From Fidelibacterota bacterium (GTDB taxonomy: Bacteria > Fidelibacterota > Marinisomatia > Marinisomatales > Marinisomataceae), in contig OZ243041.1 in NCBI GenBank assembly GCA_965212055.1, forward strand, positions 64,001 through 128,000: a stretch of DNA of 64,000 nucleotides, read 5' to 3'. Shown here one piece after another: positions 52,853-62,607 of this stretch. Made by a program: the position numbers and the translations under genes. The notes beneath the pieces were generated by a model. That model made no database searches, was not told where the DNA came from, and saw nothing but the letters and a program-made list of their open reading frames with translations. The stretch's first letter is position 1; every line of letters begins with the position of its first letter.

Positions 52853-54527
52853 CGCGAGACCCCCTTTGATCTGATCCTGTTATAAATTTACCATTTTTTA
52901 ATTGAATTCCATGAGAACGAGCAATACTATATTTCGCTGGTTCAAGAGTATGGTTTAATTCTTTTAATTCTTGTATAGTCTTTTTACTTAAACTTTCTTT
53001 TTCATAAAAAATTTGATCTGGTAACCATTGAGAATGTGTTCTTGGTGTATCAATTGCTTCATCTATCTCTAATCCGTGATCTAATATACTCACCAATATT
53101 TGCAAAACAGCTGTAATGATACGTGCACCACCTGCTGCTCCAACTGTAAGAATTGCTTCATTGTTACTATTTAAAACGATAGTTGGTGTCATGGAACTTA
53201 AGGGTCTTTTAAAAGGTTGAATTGCGTTTGCATCAAACCCAATTAACCCAAATGCATTGCCTACACCAGGTTTTGAAGAGAAATCATCCATTTCATTATT
53301 TAATAAAAATCCAGCACCATCTACAACTTTTTTATTTCCATAACTTAAGTTTAGCGTGGTTGTAATACCAGCGACATTTCCATTTTGATCCATGACAGAA
53401 TAATGAGTTGTTTCCATGCTTTCTTTTTCTTCCCATGTTCCATGCGCAATTTCTGAGCTTGGGGTTGCAGTATTCATAGAAATTAAGGTTAATCTTGCTT
53501 TAGCATATTCTTTCGATGTAAGCATTTCAATCGGATTATTCCAAAAATCAGGATCACCTAAATGTGTAGCCCTGTCAGCGTATGCCAACCGTTGTGTTTC
53601 TGTTAATAAATGTACAAACTCTGTTGAATTTCTTTTCATTGATTTCAAATCAAAATTTTCCAGTGTATTAAGCATTTGTATTACAAGAGCTCCTCCAGAA
53701 CTTGGTGGCCCCATAGAAATAATTGTATGATCTTTATACGTTCCAACTACAGGCGCTCTATATACCGAATCGTAATCTAACAAATCTTGTTTGGTGATTA
53801 ATCCACCATTTTTATTCATTTCTTCTACAATTAAATCTGCTGTTTCTCCTTCATAAAATCCTTTGTTACCAAATTGTGCGATTAACCTGAGAGTTTTTGC
53901 CAAATCTTTCTGTACTATTACATCTCCATTAGTCCATTCGTTTTCTTTGATAAAAATCTTTTTTGTCCCATCGTCCTTACCAAATTGGTCTCTATAAGCA
54001 TTAAAACTGTAAGCAGTAGTTGTATTGACTATAAATCCATTTTCTGCATAATGAATTGCAGGAGCAAGAATTTCTTCTAGAGTAAGTTTTCCAGATCCAT
54101 AATCATTCAAAATTTTTAGTAACCCATTGACTGTCCCTGGAACACCCGATGATTTATGAGACTCTAATGCAATCGCTCTATCATAATCTCCATTTTCATT
54201 AAGAAACATTTGTTGGTATGATAATCGTGGTGCCTTTTCTCTAAAATCTAAGCTAACTGATTTCCCATCTGCTGTGTGTGCAACTAAAAATCCTCCCCCA
54301 CCAATATTGCCGTTGGATGGTGAGGTTACTGCTAGGGCAAATCCAGTTGCTACAATGGCATCAAATGCATTTCCCCCTTGTTGAAGAATATCAATGCCAA
54401 CATCAGATGCAATTTTAGATGTAGAGGACACAGCACCATTTGTATTGTCTCTTGATAACTCCCATGCTTGCCAAGTAAATGGAATGCAAAGTAATAGATA
54501 TATCAAATTTTTATAGCTGTTTTTCAT
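52827..54527 (-). CDS. ggt: Gamma-glutamyltransferase
   Basis: GGNAFDA, GGGGF, DFRE.AP, autoprocessing site ETTHYS, LNNEMDDF, PLSSMTP, GAAGG. Confidence 0.96.
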   Translation of the reverse strand: MKNSYKNLIYLLLCIPFTWQAWELSRDNTNGAVSSTSKIASDVGIDILQQGGNAFDAIVATGFALAVTSPSNGNIGGGGFLVAHTADGKSVSLDFREKAPRLSYQQMFLNENGDYDRAIALESHKSSGVPGTVNGLLKILNDYGSGKLTLEEILAPAIHYAENGFIVNTTTAYSFNAYRDQFGKDDGTKKIFIKENEWTNGDVIVQKDLAKTLRLIAQFGNKGFYEGETADLIVEEMNKNGGLITKQDLLDYDSVYRAPVVGTYKDHTIISMGPPSSGGALVIQMLNTLENFDLKSMKRNSTEFVHLLTETQRLAYADRATHLGDPDFWNNPIEMLTSKEYAKARLTLISMNTATPSSEIAHGTWEEKESMETTHYSVMDQNGNVAGITTTLNLSYGNKKVVDGAGFLLNNEMDDFSSKPGVGNAFGLIGFDANAIQPFKRPLSSMTPTIVLNSNNEAILTVGAAGGARIITAVLQILVSILDHGLEIDEAIDTPRTHSQWLPDQIFYEKESLSKKTIQELKELNHTLEPAKYSIARSHGIQLKNGKFITGSDQRGSRDGNQASTY

Positions 54528-54545
54528 TGTTAGATATTTGAAGAT

Positions 54546-54580
54546 AATAAAAAGCCCCTGAAAAACAGAGGCCTTTTATT
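54546..54580 (-). terminator. Intrinsic terminator after the second TonB receptor gene
   Basis: Minus strand AATAAAAGGCCTCTG-TTTTT-CAGGGGCTTTTTATT. Confidence 0.75.
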
Positions 54581-54604
54581 ATTTTAATTCCTAAACGTTA
54601 GAGC

Positions 54605-57424
54605 TTATAAGCTCATATCTACACGAGCGTATAGATAACGTCCATTAAATCCAAAAGGACTATAACCAGAATGTTGGAATATTCCATTGAAACTATTTCT
54701 TTTAATAGTCTTGTCTGGGTATGTATCAAACGCATTGTTTACCCCTAAAGATAAACGTGTTTGACTAGATACCTGGAATGAATATTCAGCATCTACTGTC
54801 CATTTTGAAGAAAGAACTTGTTCTCTCTCTTCTGATCCAGATGGAATTGTTACTTCACCCCAATTGTTCAATTTCACCATGTAACTACATGTTGGTTTTT
54901 GAACCATTGCTGAGAATTGGAAAACATTGGAAGGACCAGAGTTTTCATATCTCACGGTGTTTGCACGTCCAAGAAGCACTTGACTTGTATAGTCTGCTAA
55001 ATTGGAAGGAGTTTCAAGTTCTCCTTTATTGGTTACTTCAGTATCAGTGAAGTTCATTGCACTCTTAAGTAACAAATGTCCATTAGGGATATCAAAGTTT
55101 AGAGTAGAAACAATATCTAAACCATTAGTCTCAGTGTCAACTCCATTAAAGAACCATCTACCAGCTGCTGCTGCGATGTTTCTTTCTTGGAAGAATTGAA
55201 CCATCCCTGAACCCTTAAAGGTTTCAGTAAGTCCAATACGATCTTCAACAGTAATCTTATACGCATCTACTGCTAGTGAAGCCATATCATTCTTGAATGT
55301 CATACCAGCTGAAAGATTTTGTGAAGTTTCTGGTTCAAGATTTCTTGCACCAAGAGCTATTGCTGGTTCGGTATCAACAGGGAATGTTCCTACTTCATAA
55401 GGTATCCCGTCAATAAAGTTAGTTGCAATAGATGAGAAATACGCTTCTTGTAATGCAGGAGCTCTAAAGCCAGTGCTTAAAGAAGCTCTTAATGCTAAGT
55501 TTTCTTGTAATTCATATCTCATTGCAATTTTACCATTGATTGTGTTTCCAAAGTCACTATAATCTTCTGCTCTAATTGCTACACCGACAAGAAGATTATC
55601 AAGTACGTCAGCTTCTGCGTCAAAGTATACACTTAACGCATCTCTGTCACGATCGCCTTCGTTTGCAGGAGCAAGTCCTGGTAAACATTGACAACCAACA
55701 GCAGCGCTTGAACCAGCACTTGGACCGTCTAATACATCAAATCCGCCATCAGCATATCCTGCTTCTTCACCAGCTTCAATAGTATAGTTTTCACTACGCA
55801 TTTCTAAACCGAATGCAAGATTTACTGGTCCAGCAAAACCTTCCATATCTATTACGGTTGTGAAATCAGCGTTCAGTGACGTCTGTGAATAACCTAGTGT
55901 TCCTAAGTCAAAATCAGATTGTTGTCCTGCACTAGTACCATAAGTTGCGTTATGACTATTTTGCATTCCCCATGAAAAGTCATTGCCACCAGTGGTAACA
56001 CTAATATCATATGCGTAATCCCCAATTAGTCCTTTCATACCAGCTGCAAAAGAGCTGTCAGTTAATTCTGGACTAATTAATGGTAAGAATCCGTCTGGAT
56101 ACCATGCACGAAGAGTACGATTATCTTGAGCTCTTCTATAATAACAGCCACTTTCTCCATTACGGGTATTAAATCCACCAAAAGTATAGAATGTTCCTCT
56201 TTCCATTGGGAAACTACCATTCCACATCATGCTTACTTGTTCAAATTCTCCACGACCAATACGATGATTCTCTCTATCGAAAGAAGCTTCTCTTGGATCT
56301 GGAGTTACTGTAGCTGATGCACTTTTAGTGAGTTGTCCGTTTGCGTCTGTACCAAAGTACTGCATTCTAGGATCTAGACCAGTACGGTTTGTACGTCCAC
56401 CTTCACGGATTTGTCCACTTATGTAAAGATTTCCACCAAACATGCTTAAACCACTACCAGCATGTAAGATTAAATTTTTACCATCGGTTTTCTTAACAGT
56501 TTGCATTCCACTTCTAGCCCAGCCTCTATCACCAGTAAATGGTAAATAGCCTGATCCGTTGTGGCCTGGATCACTGTCCCAACCGTAAGTATCTTCAGAT
56601 TGGCCTGCAATTAATGCTTCATCAGATCCGTATCCTCTTTCAAAGAAAGAGTAACTTTGACCATATGTTACACTAACATCTGCGCCACCTGTTTCTTTTA
56701 AAATGATGTTGATTACACCGGCGATAGCATCAGAACCATATTTTGCTGCTGCACCATCACGCAATACTTCAATTTTCTGGATTGCGCTTGCTGGAATTGC
56801 ATTTAAGTCAACTTGTGTTGAACCACGTCCAACAGAACCGTTAACATGCACTAGAGCACCTGAATGACGTCTTTTACCGTTTACCAGTACAAGAACATGA
56901 CCCGGTGCCATACCACGCAATGTAGCAGGTCTCATGTGATCTGAACCATCAGTAATGTAGCTACGAGGAGCGTTATAAGACGGAACTAAAGCTTGCAACA
57001 ATTGACTTGTTTCAGTAAGTCCAGTTGCACGAATTTCAAGTTCTGTAATAACTTCCACAGGAACTGCTTGTTCGTCTGCATTTCTTTGGAAACGAGATCC
57101 AAGAACTGAGACTTCAGAACCAGCAACTGCACTAGATGATAGTGAAAAGTTTGCTGTTGCAGCGCCATCTACATTGACAGACACGCTTGAAGACCCATAT
57201 CCGATATATGAAGCAGTTACAGTATAAGAACCGCTTGCTACACCGTCGACTGAATATGAACCGTCAGCTGCTGTTGCTGCACCTGATGATGTTCCTTCAA
57301 CTACTACATTTGCACCATAAAGGGCATTGCCCCCTGAGTCAGTAACGGTACCTGATACTGAACCCTGTGCAAACACAAAGCCGGTCATCATAACAAGTGC
57401 TACCATATTAAATAGCTTTCTCAT
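54605..57424 (-). CDS. TonB-dependent receptor with N-terminal carboxypeptidase-regulatory-like domain
   Basis: Start moved to ATG 57424 (MRKLFNMV..., purine-rich AAAGGAAA upstream); LRG..PGHVLVLVNGKRRH, IEVLRDGAAAKYGSDAIAGVINIILK, GFRAP, C-terminal GRYLYARVDMSL. Confidence 0.93.
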   Translation of the reverse strand: MRKLFNMVALVMMTGFVFAQGSVSGTVTDSGGNALYGANVVVEGTSSGAATAADGSYSVDGVASGSYTVTASYIGYGSSSVSVNVDGAATANFSLSSSAVAGSEVSVLGSRFQRNADEQAVPVEVITELEIRATGLTETSQLLQALVPSYNAPRSYITDGSDHMRPATLRGMAPGHVLVLVNGKRRHSGALVHVNGSVGRGSTQVDLNAIPASAIQKIEVLRDGAAAKYGSDAIAGVINIILKETGGADVSVTYGQSYSFFERGYGSDEALIAGQSEDTYGWDSDPGHNGSGYLPFTGDRGWARSGMQTVKKTDGKNLILHAGSGLSMFGGNLYISGQIREGGRTNRTGLDPRMQYFGTDANGQLTKSASATVTPDPREASFDRENHRIGRGEFEQVSMMWNGSFPMERGTFYTFGGFNTRNGESGCYYRRAQDNRTLRAWYPDGFLPLISPELTDSSFAAGMKGLIGDYAYDISVTTGGNDFSWGMQNSHNATYGTSAGQQSDFDLGTLGYSQTSLNADFTTVIDMEGFAGPVNLAFGLEMRSENYTIEAGEEAGYADGGFDVLDGPSAGSSAAVGCQCLPGLAPANEGDRDRDALSVYFDAEADVLDNLLVGVAIRAEDYSDFGNTINGKIAMRYELQENLALRASLSTGFRAPALQEAYFSSIATNFIDGIPYEVGTFPVDTEPAIALGARNLEPETSQNLSAGMTFKNDMASLAVDAYKITVEDRIGLTETFKGSGMVQFFQERNIAAAAGRWFFNGVDTETNGLDIVSTLNFDIPNGHLLLKSAMNFTDTEVTNKGELETPSNLADYTSQVLLGRANTVRYENSGPSNVFQFSAMVQKPTCSYMVKLNNWGEVTIPSGSEEREQVLSSKWTVDAEYSFQVSSQTRLSLGVNNAFDTYPDKTIKRNSFNGIFQHSGYSPFGFNGRYLYARVDMSL

Positions 57425-57482
57425 TGTTTTTCCTTTTTTTATGTACATATTTAAAATATTTTTTATACTAACATAAAGATAC

Positions 57483-57513
57483 ACCCTTAGTATAGGATGC
57501 TCTTACCCTTAGT
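57483..57513 (-). repeat. 9-bp direct repeat ACTAAGGGT x2 (22-bp period) in the receptor leader
   Basis: Plus-strand ACCCTTAGT at 57483-57491 and 57505-57513. Confidence 0.7.
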
Positions 57514-57519
57514 TCGTAT

Positions 57520-57548
57520 AAGTTATTGTAAGACGAGCTGAATGTCAA
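57520..57548 (-). promoter_or_regulatory. Putative promoter of the second TonB receptor
   Basis: Minus strand TTGACA (57548-57543), 17 bp, TAACTT (57525-57520). Confidence 0.65.
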
Positions 57549-57568
57549 TATCTTAAAGAAACAGGCCT

Positions 57569-58300
57569 TTATCGTCTGCTTCGTAGTTTCATTAATAGAT
57601 TTAGAATTTCAATATAAAGCCAAATTAACGTAATCATTAGTCCAAAAGCACCATACCATTCCATATATTTTGGAGCGCCTTGATTTGCACCTTGTTCAAT
57701 AAAATCAAAGTCTAATACTAGATTTAAAGATGCAATACCAACGACAAAAACAGAGAATAAAATACCCGGTAAGTCATTGGAAAATAAGGATTCTGCGAAC
57801 GAAATTTCAAATAAAGACGACAAAAGCATATTTAACATGTACACAATAAAAATGCCAAATGTAGCTGCAAAGATTCCAAGTCTAAAATTATCTGTTACCG
57901 CAATAAGCTTGCTTTTATACAACATCAGAAGAGCAGCTAGAATGCCAAAAGTAAGACAAATAGCCTGATTGGCAATTCCAGGATATATATCGTTAGCCCA
58001 GGCAGAAATTCCTCCTAAAAGCCCTCCTTCTAGTAAGCAATATATTGGAACTGTATAGGGCGCTGCTTTCTTATTAAAAATGGTGATTAATAAGAGAACA
58101 AACGTGGAGATAATAATGGGTAAAAAATATCTAGAAGATAATTCAGGATTGTTCCAGGTATAAATAGCAGATGTCATTAAAAGCAACAAGCTCAATGCTG
58201 TTTTATTGACAGTACCATCAATTGTCATTGGTTGTTCAGCAGATATATTTCTAGTGGATGAAAATGTTTTGCTATTCAAAGCTGGGTTTGCTGATCTCAT
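57569..58300 (-). CDS. Bax inhibitor-1/YccA family membrane protein
   Basis: MRSANP, MTIDG, LDFDFIEQG..GAPKYMEWYGAFGLMITLIWLYIEIL; multiple TM helices. Confidence 0.9.
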   Translation of the reverse strand: MRSANPALNSKTFSSTRNISAEQPMTIDGTVNKTALSLLLLMTSAIYTWNNPELSSRYFLPIIISTFVLLLITIFNKKAAPYTVPIYCLLEGGLLGGISAWANDIYPGIANQAICLTFGILAALLMLYKSKLIAVTDNFRLGIFAATFGIFIVYMLNMLLSSLFEISFAESLFSNDLPGILFSVFVVGIASLNLVLDFDFIEQGANQGAPKYMEWYGAFGLMITLIWLYIEILNLLMKLRSRR

Positions 58301-58306
58301 AAACCC

Positions 58307-59737
58307 CTACTTTAAGAAATCACTGATTTTATTTTCGTCAATTCGAGTTTGTTTCATTGAATCTCGTTCTCGGATAGTAACGGTATTATCCTCAAGAGTT
58401 TGATGATCAATTGTTATTCCAAAAGGAGTTCCTGCTTCATCTTGACGATAATAACGTTTTCCAATAGATCCTTGTTCATCATATATACATGAATATTGTT
58501 GATTTAAATCACTAAAAATATTCATAGCTCTCTCTGGTAAATTATCTTTTTTAACAAGAGGACATATAACAGCTTTATTCGGAGCCAATGCAAATGGAAG
58601 TTTTAATACTACTCGGTTATTTTCAGTATCTTCGAAGTAAGCGTTGCATAGAACCATCAGAAATATTCTATTTAATCCAGCAGATGTTTCAATAATATAG
58701 GGATGATATTTTTTATTATTTGCAGAATCAAAATATGTCATATTTTTCCCGGAGATTTTTTCATGTTGTTTTAAATCAAAATCTGTACGATTATGAATTC
58801 CTTCAATTTCTCCCCAACCAAATGGAAATTTATACTGAATATCATATGCATCTTTTGCATAATGAGCTAATTCTGTATCGTCGTGTTGATGAAATTGAAG
58901 ACTAGATTTACTAATTCCCAATTGATTTAAATAAAAATCAAACCTCTTTTGTTTCCATAGCTCAATATTTTCTTTATCTTTTGATGGATGAACAAAATAT
59001 TGCATTTCCATTTGTTCAAATTCTCTTGTTCTAAAAATGAAGTTTCTTGCAACAATTTCATTTCTAAATGCCTTTCCAATCTGTGCGATACCAAATGGTA
59101 TTTTTAAGCGCATGCTATTTTGAATTAAAAGATAGTTGATAAACATTCCTTGTGCAGTTTCTGGACGTAAGTAAATCTCTTTTCCAGTTTTTTCTGATGG
59201 ACCTGAATCAGTTTTAAACATTAAATTAAATTGAACTGGTATTGTCCATTTTCCAATTGATCCTGAATGTGGATCTATAACTCCTGCTTTTTCCAATATT
59301 CCTTCACCATCAGCTTCTTTATCAAGAAGCGTGTGTGCAATTTGATCAAAAATAGAATTATCGTTAGTATTTTTGATGTTTAAAGAATCGCATAAAGCAT
59401 CAATTACTTTACTTTTTTGTTGAGAAAGCAAGTCATCCACTCGGTATCTTTTTTTGTTATCTTTATTATCTGTCATTGGGTCATTAAAATTTTCTATGTG
59501 CCCACTTGCTCTCCAGACGTCTGGATGAACCATAATTGCACTATCAATACCAACAATATTTTGATGCAGTTGGGTCATTTCTTTCCACCATAACTCCGAG
59601 ATTGATTTTTTTAATTCAACACCCATTGGTCCATAGTCATAAGATGCTTTTAATCCACCATAGATTTCAGAATTAGGAAATACAAAACCTCTTCTTTTGC
59701 AAAGAGAGATAATTTTGTCTAAATGTTTTTCGCTCAT
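58307..59737 (-). CDS. glyQS: Glycine--tRNA ligase, homodimeric type
   Basis: KRRGF..SEIYGG, LRPETAQG, FRNEI..FIFRTREFEQME, GSIGKRY.RQDE.GTP. Confidence 0.97.
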   Translation of the reverse strand: MSEKHLDKIISLCKRRGFVFPNSEIYGGLKASYDYGPMGVELKKSISELWWKEMTQLHQNIVGIDSAIMVHPDVWRASGHIENFNDPMTDNKDNKKRYRVDDLLSQQKSKVIDALCDSLNIKNTNDNSIFDQIAHTLLDKEADGEGILEKAGVIDPHSGSIGKWTIPVQFNLMFKTDSGPSEKTGKEIYLRPETAQGMFINYLLIQNSMRLKIPFGIAQIGKAFRNEIVARNFIFRTREFEQMEMQYFVHPSKDKENIELWKQKRFDFYLNQLGISKSSLQFHQHDDTELAHYAKDAYDIQYKFPFGWGEIEGIHNRTDFDLKQHEKISGKNMTYFDSANNKKYHPYIIETSAGLNRIFLMVLCNAYFEDTENNRVVLKLPFALAPNKAVICPLVKKDNLPERAMNIFSDLNQQYSCIYDEQGSIGKRYYRQDEAGTPFGITIDHQTLEDNTVTIRERDSMKQTRIDENKISDFLK

Positions 59738-59746
59738 TAGAATAAT

Positions 59747-60100
59747 TTAATCGAAAAAATACTTGTATAATATTGTTATACCAAATAATCCAAAAATAAT
59801 TGGAATAATCCACATTAATAAATTAAATCCACTTGCAGGAGGAGTAGCAAGCATATTTACTCCAGGATATTTTTCTACATAATAGGTTTTAATTTCTTCA
59901 TCGGTCATTCCTTGAATAATCATTTTCTTAATTTCTTCTCTCATATCAATTGCAATACCTGATTGAGATTGTTCTAAAGTTAGTCCTTCACAGACAGGAC
60001 ACATTAATTCTCGATTTAATTTATAGAGTCTTTGTTCTAATGAGGATTGATATCCAAACATAATACTGCTTATAGAAATGGTTAAGATTAAACTTTTCAC
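59747..60100 (-). CDS. ccmH: Cytochrome c-type biogenesis protein CcmH/NrfF-like
   Basis: LMCPVC (LRCxxC-like), QS..A.DMR..I, YY.EKY, LMWIIP TM helix; GTG start overlaps the topA stop. Confidence 0.82.
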   Translation of the reverse strand: MKSLILTISISSIMFGYQSSLEQRLYKLNRELMCPVCEGLTLEQSQSGIAIDMREEIKKMIIQGMTDEEIKTYYVEKYPGVNMLATPPASGFNLLMWIIPIIFGLFGITILYKYFFD

Positions 60101-62535
60101 TACTTTTTTTCTGATAATAATTTAATACTTTCTTCTAATGTTAATTCATCTATTTTGTACCCTTTTAATGATACATTTTTATTACCATCTGTTACATAGG
60201 GTCCAAACCTTCCCGTTTTGATTAAAATTTCTTTTTTTGTTTCAGAATCAATTCCTAAAACTTTTGGTTCAAATTTTGCTTTTCTGTTTTTAATAAGTTC
60301 TATAGCACTATCTAAAGTAATTGTTAGTGGATTATCATTGGCTTTCATTGAAGCGTTTGTTTTACCACATTTTACATAAGGTCCATATCTTCCAAAATCG
60401 ACGAATACATCTTCTTTTGTTTCAGGATTTTGTCCAAGATTTTTCGGTAAACTAAGAAGATCCTTTGCAATTTTTTCTGTTACATTTTCTATTCCAATGC
60501 TTTTTGGAATTGACTTTCTTTTCTTAGAATCTAATAGCTCAAGATAGGGTCCATATCTTCCAACTTTTAATAGCATAGATTCTCCATTATCAAATTTTCC
60601 AATAATATTATCTTGATCTTGTAACTTAATGAGCTCTTGCACTGCTTCACTGTTTAAATCTCCAAGAAATAAGTCTTCAGGAATCGTGATATTTTTATCA
60701 TTATTTTGAATAAATGCTCCATATTGTCCTATTCTAATATCTATTTTGTTTGCGATAGGAATAGTACATGCCTTTTGGATATCTACTTTTTCTTCTAATA
60801 ACTTTTCAACTCCTTGATATGTGTCTGTACCGTAATAAAATTCTTTTAAAATATCTGAATAACTGTTTTCAGATCGAGAAATAGCATCTAACTTTCTTTC
60901 CATATCTGCTGTAAACTGTTCATTGAAAAGTGCCAAATAATGATTTTCTAATAATTGAGTAATAGCAATCCCTATAAATGTTGGAATCAATGTTTTATTT
61001 TTTTTGATAACATATTCTTTGGATACAATTTTGTCTAATATTGATGAGTAAGTAGAAGGACGACCGATTCCTTTTGTTTCCATTTCTTTTACTAGCATTG
61101 CTTCAGAAAACCTTCTAGGAGGAATAGTGGTTTTTTCCTCAGATGATATGGTTTGATGTGTAATATTCGAAGATTCTGATAAACTAGGAAGAGAACCAGC
61201 AACAGATTTTTGATTTCTTCCTAAAGCTTGTTCATATGCAGCAGTATATCCTTTAAATTTGGTTACATTTCCACTTGCTTTATAAATAGAGTTTCCATTT
61301 TTTATTGTAATATTAGTACGTATATATTTAGCAGCTTTCATTTGAGAAGCCAATGTACGATTTAAAATTAAATCATATAATTGTGATTCATCTTTACCTA
61401 AAGTAGTAGCGATTTCATTTGTTTCTTTAAAAGTTCTTCCTGCTGGTCTAATTGCTTCATGGGCTTCTTGTGCATTAGCAACTTTTGTTTTATACATATT
61501 AAATGAATCTGGAAGGAATTCTTTGCCAAATTTATTTTCAATAGAATGTTTCGCAGCAGATAACGCTTCGCTTGAAAGATTAGTAGAATCTGTTCTCATG
61601 TAAGTTATAAATCCTTGTTCATATAATTTTTGTGCAACCATCATTGTTCTTTTTGGAGAATATCCAAATTTTCTTGATGCATCTTGTTGAAGAGTACTAG
61701 TTGTAAATGGTGGAGGAGGGGAACTAGAAGTTGGTTTTGATTCAATTTCTACAATCTCCCATGGATTTTCATTCGATTCTTTTTTGATTTCTTCTGCTTT
61801 TTCTGTATCAATCAAGAGCAAATTTTCATTTTTTAAACCACTATCAAACTTGCCAAAATCATTACTTGTTGCAACTTTCTGTTCATCATAGTGAGTAAGT
61901 CTAGCTTTGAAATTTTTATTACTACTTTCTTCAATGAGTTCTGCTTCAATTGCAAAAAATTTGTTTTTAATAAATTTATTTCGTTCTTTTTCACGTTTTA
62001 CTAATAATTTTAATGCTACCGATTGAACTCTTCCAGCAGACAACCCTTTTACCCTTAAGTTTCTTAATGTTTGCCATAAAACAGGGGAGAACGTAAATCC
62101 TACTAATCGATCGATTGCTCTTCTAGCCTTTTGTGCATCTACTAAATTGTAGTTTATTTCTCTGCTATTATTTATTGCTTCCATTACAGCATTTTTTGTT
62201 ATTTCTGTGAATTCTACACGTTCAACATCTTTATTAATTTCCTCAGCAATATGTGCAGCAATCGCCTCACCTTCTCTATCTGGATCTGTAGCAATTAAGA
62301 TTCTATCAGCGATTTTAGTTTCATTCTTGAGTTCAGTTATAAATTTTTTCCTATCAGCTATAGTTTCAATATCCATAGCAAAATCATTTTTGATATCAAT
62401 TCCTAATTCTTTTTTTGGCAGGTCTTTAAAATGGCCAATGCTGGCTATTACTTTAGCGTGATCTATATATTTGCTTATTGTTTTTGTCTTAGAAGGCGAC
62501 TCAACAATAATGAGTAATTTTTCTTGATTTGACAT
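60100..62535 (-). CDS. topA: DNA topoisomerase I
   Basis: IVESPSK, ATDPDREGE, SAGRVQS, ITYMRTD, AHEAIRP; four C-terminal G(R/Q)(Y/F)G(P/A)(Y/F) repeats. Confidence 0.97.
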   Translation of the reverse strand: MSNQEKLLIIVESPSKTKTISKYIDHAKVIASIGHFKDLPKKELGIDIKNDFAMDIETIADRKKFITELKNETKIADRILIATDPDREGEAIAAHIAEEINKDVERVEFTEITKNAVMEAINNSREINYNLVDAQKARRAIDRLVGFTFSPVLWQTLRNLRVKGLSAGRVQSVALKLLVKREKERNKFIKNKFFAIEAELIEESSNKNFKARLTHYDEQKVATSNDFGKFDSGLKNENLLLIDTEKAEEIKKESNENPWEIVEIESKPTSSSPPPPFTTSTLQQDASRKFGYSPKRTMMVAQKLYEQGFITYMRTDSTNLSSEALSAAKHSIENKFGKEFLPDSFNMYKTKVANAQEAHEAIRPAGRTFKETNEIATTLGKDESQLYDLILNRTLASQMKAAKYIRTNITIKNGNSIYKASGNVTKFKGYTAAYEQALGRNQKSVAGSLPSLSESSNITHQTISSEEKTTIPPRRFSEAMLVKEMETKGIGRPSTYSSILDKIVSKEYVIKKNKTLIPTFIGIAITQLLENHYLALFNEQFTADMERKLDAISRSENSYSDILKEFYYGTDTYQGVEKLLEEKVDIQKACTIPIANKIDIRIGQYGAFIQNNDKNITIPEDLFLGDLNSEAVQELIKLQDQDNIIGKFDNGESMLLKVGRYGPYLELLDSKKRKSIPKSIGIENVTEKIAKDLLSLPKNLGQNPETKEDVFVDFGRYGPYVKCGKTNASMKANDNPLTITLDSAIELIKNRKAKFEPKVLGIDSETKKEILIKTGRFGPYVTDGNKNVSLKGYKIDELTLEESIKLLSEKK

Positions 62536-62546
62536 TTTAGGAAATC

Positions 62547-62576
62547 AACTTACATCCTTTGTATGCTAATTGTCAA
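62547..62576 (-). promoter_or_regulatory. Putative topA promoter (very short leader)
   Basis: Minus strand TTGACA (62576-62571), 18 bp, TAAGTT(G) (62552-62547); ATG at 62535. Confidence 0.55.
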
Positions 62577-62577
62577 A

Positions 62578-62607
62578 AATTTATATATATAATTATATAT
62601 ATAAATT
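62578..62607. repeat. Perfect 30-bp A/T-only palindrome
   Basis: AATTTATATATATAA-TTATATATATAAATT, 15 consecutive complementary pairs centred at 62592/62593. Confidence 0.9.

Noticed and set aside
57425..57484. 20-aa N-terminal extension of the second receptor from the ORF track
   Set aside because: ATG 57424 has a purine-rich RBS and yields a normal signal peptide; the extension runs through leader sequence.
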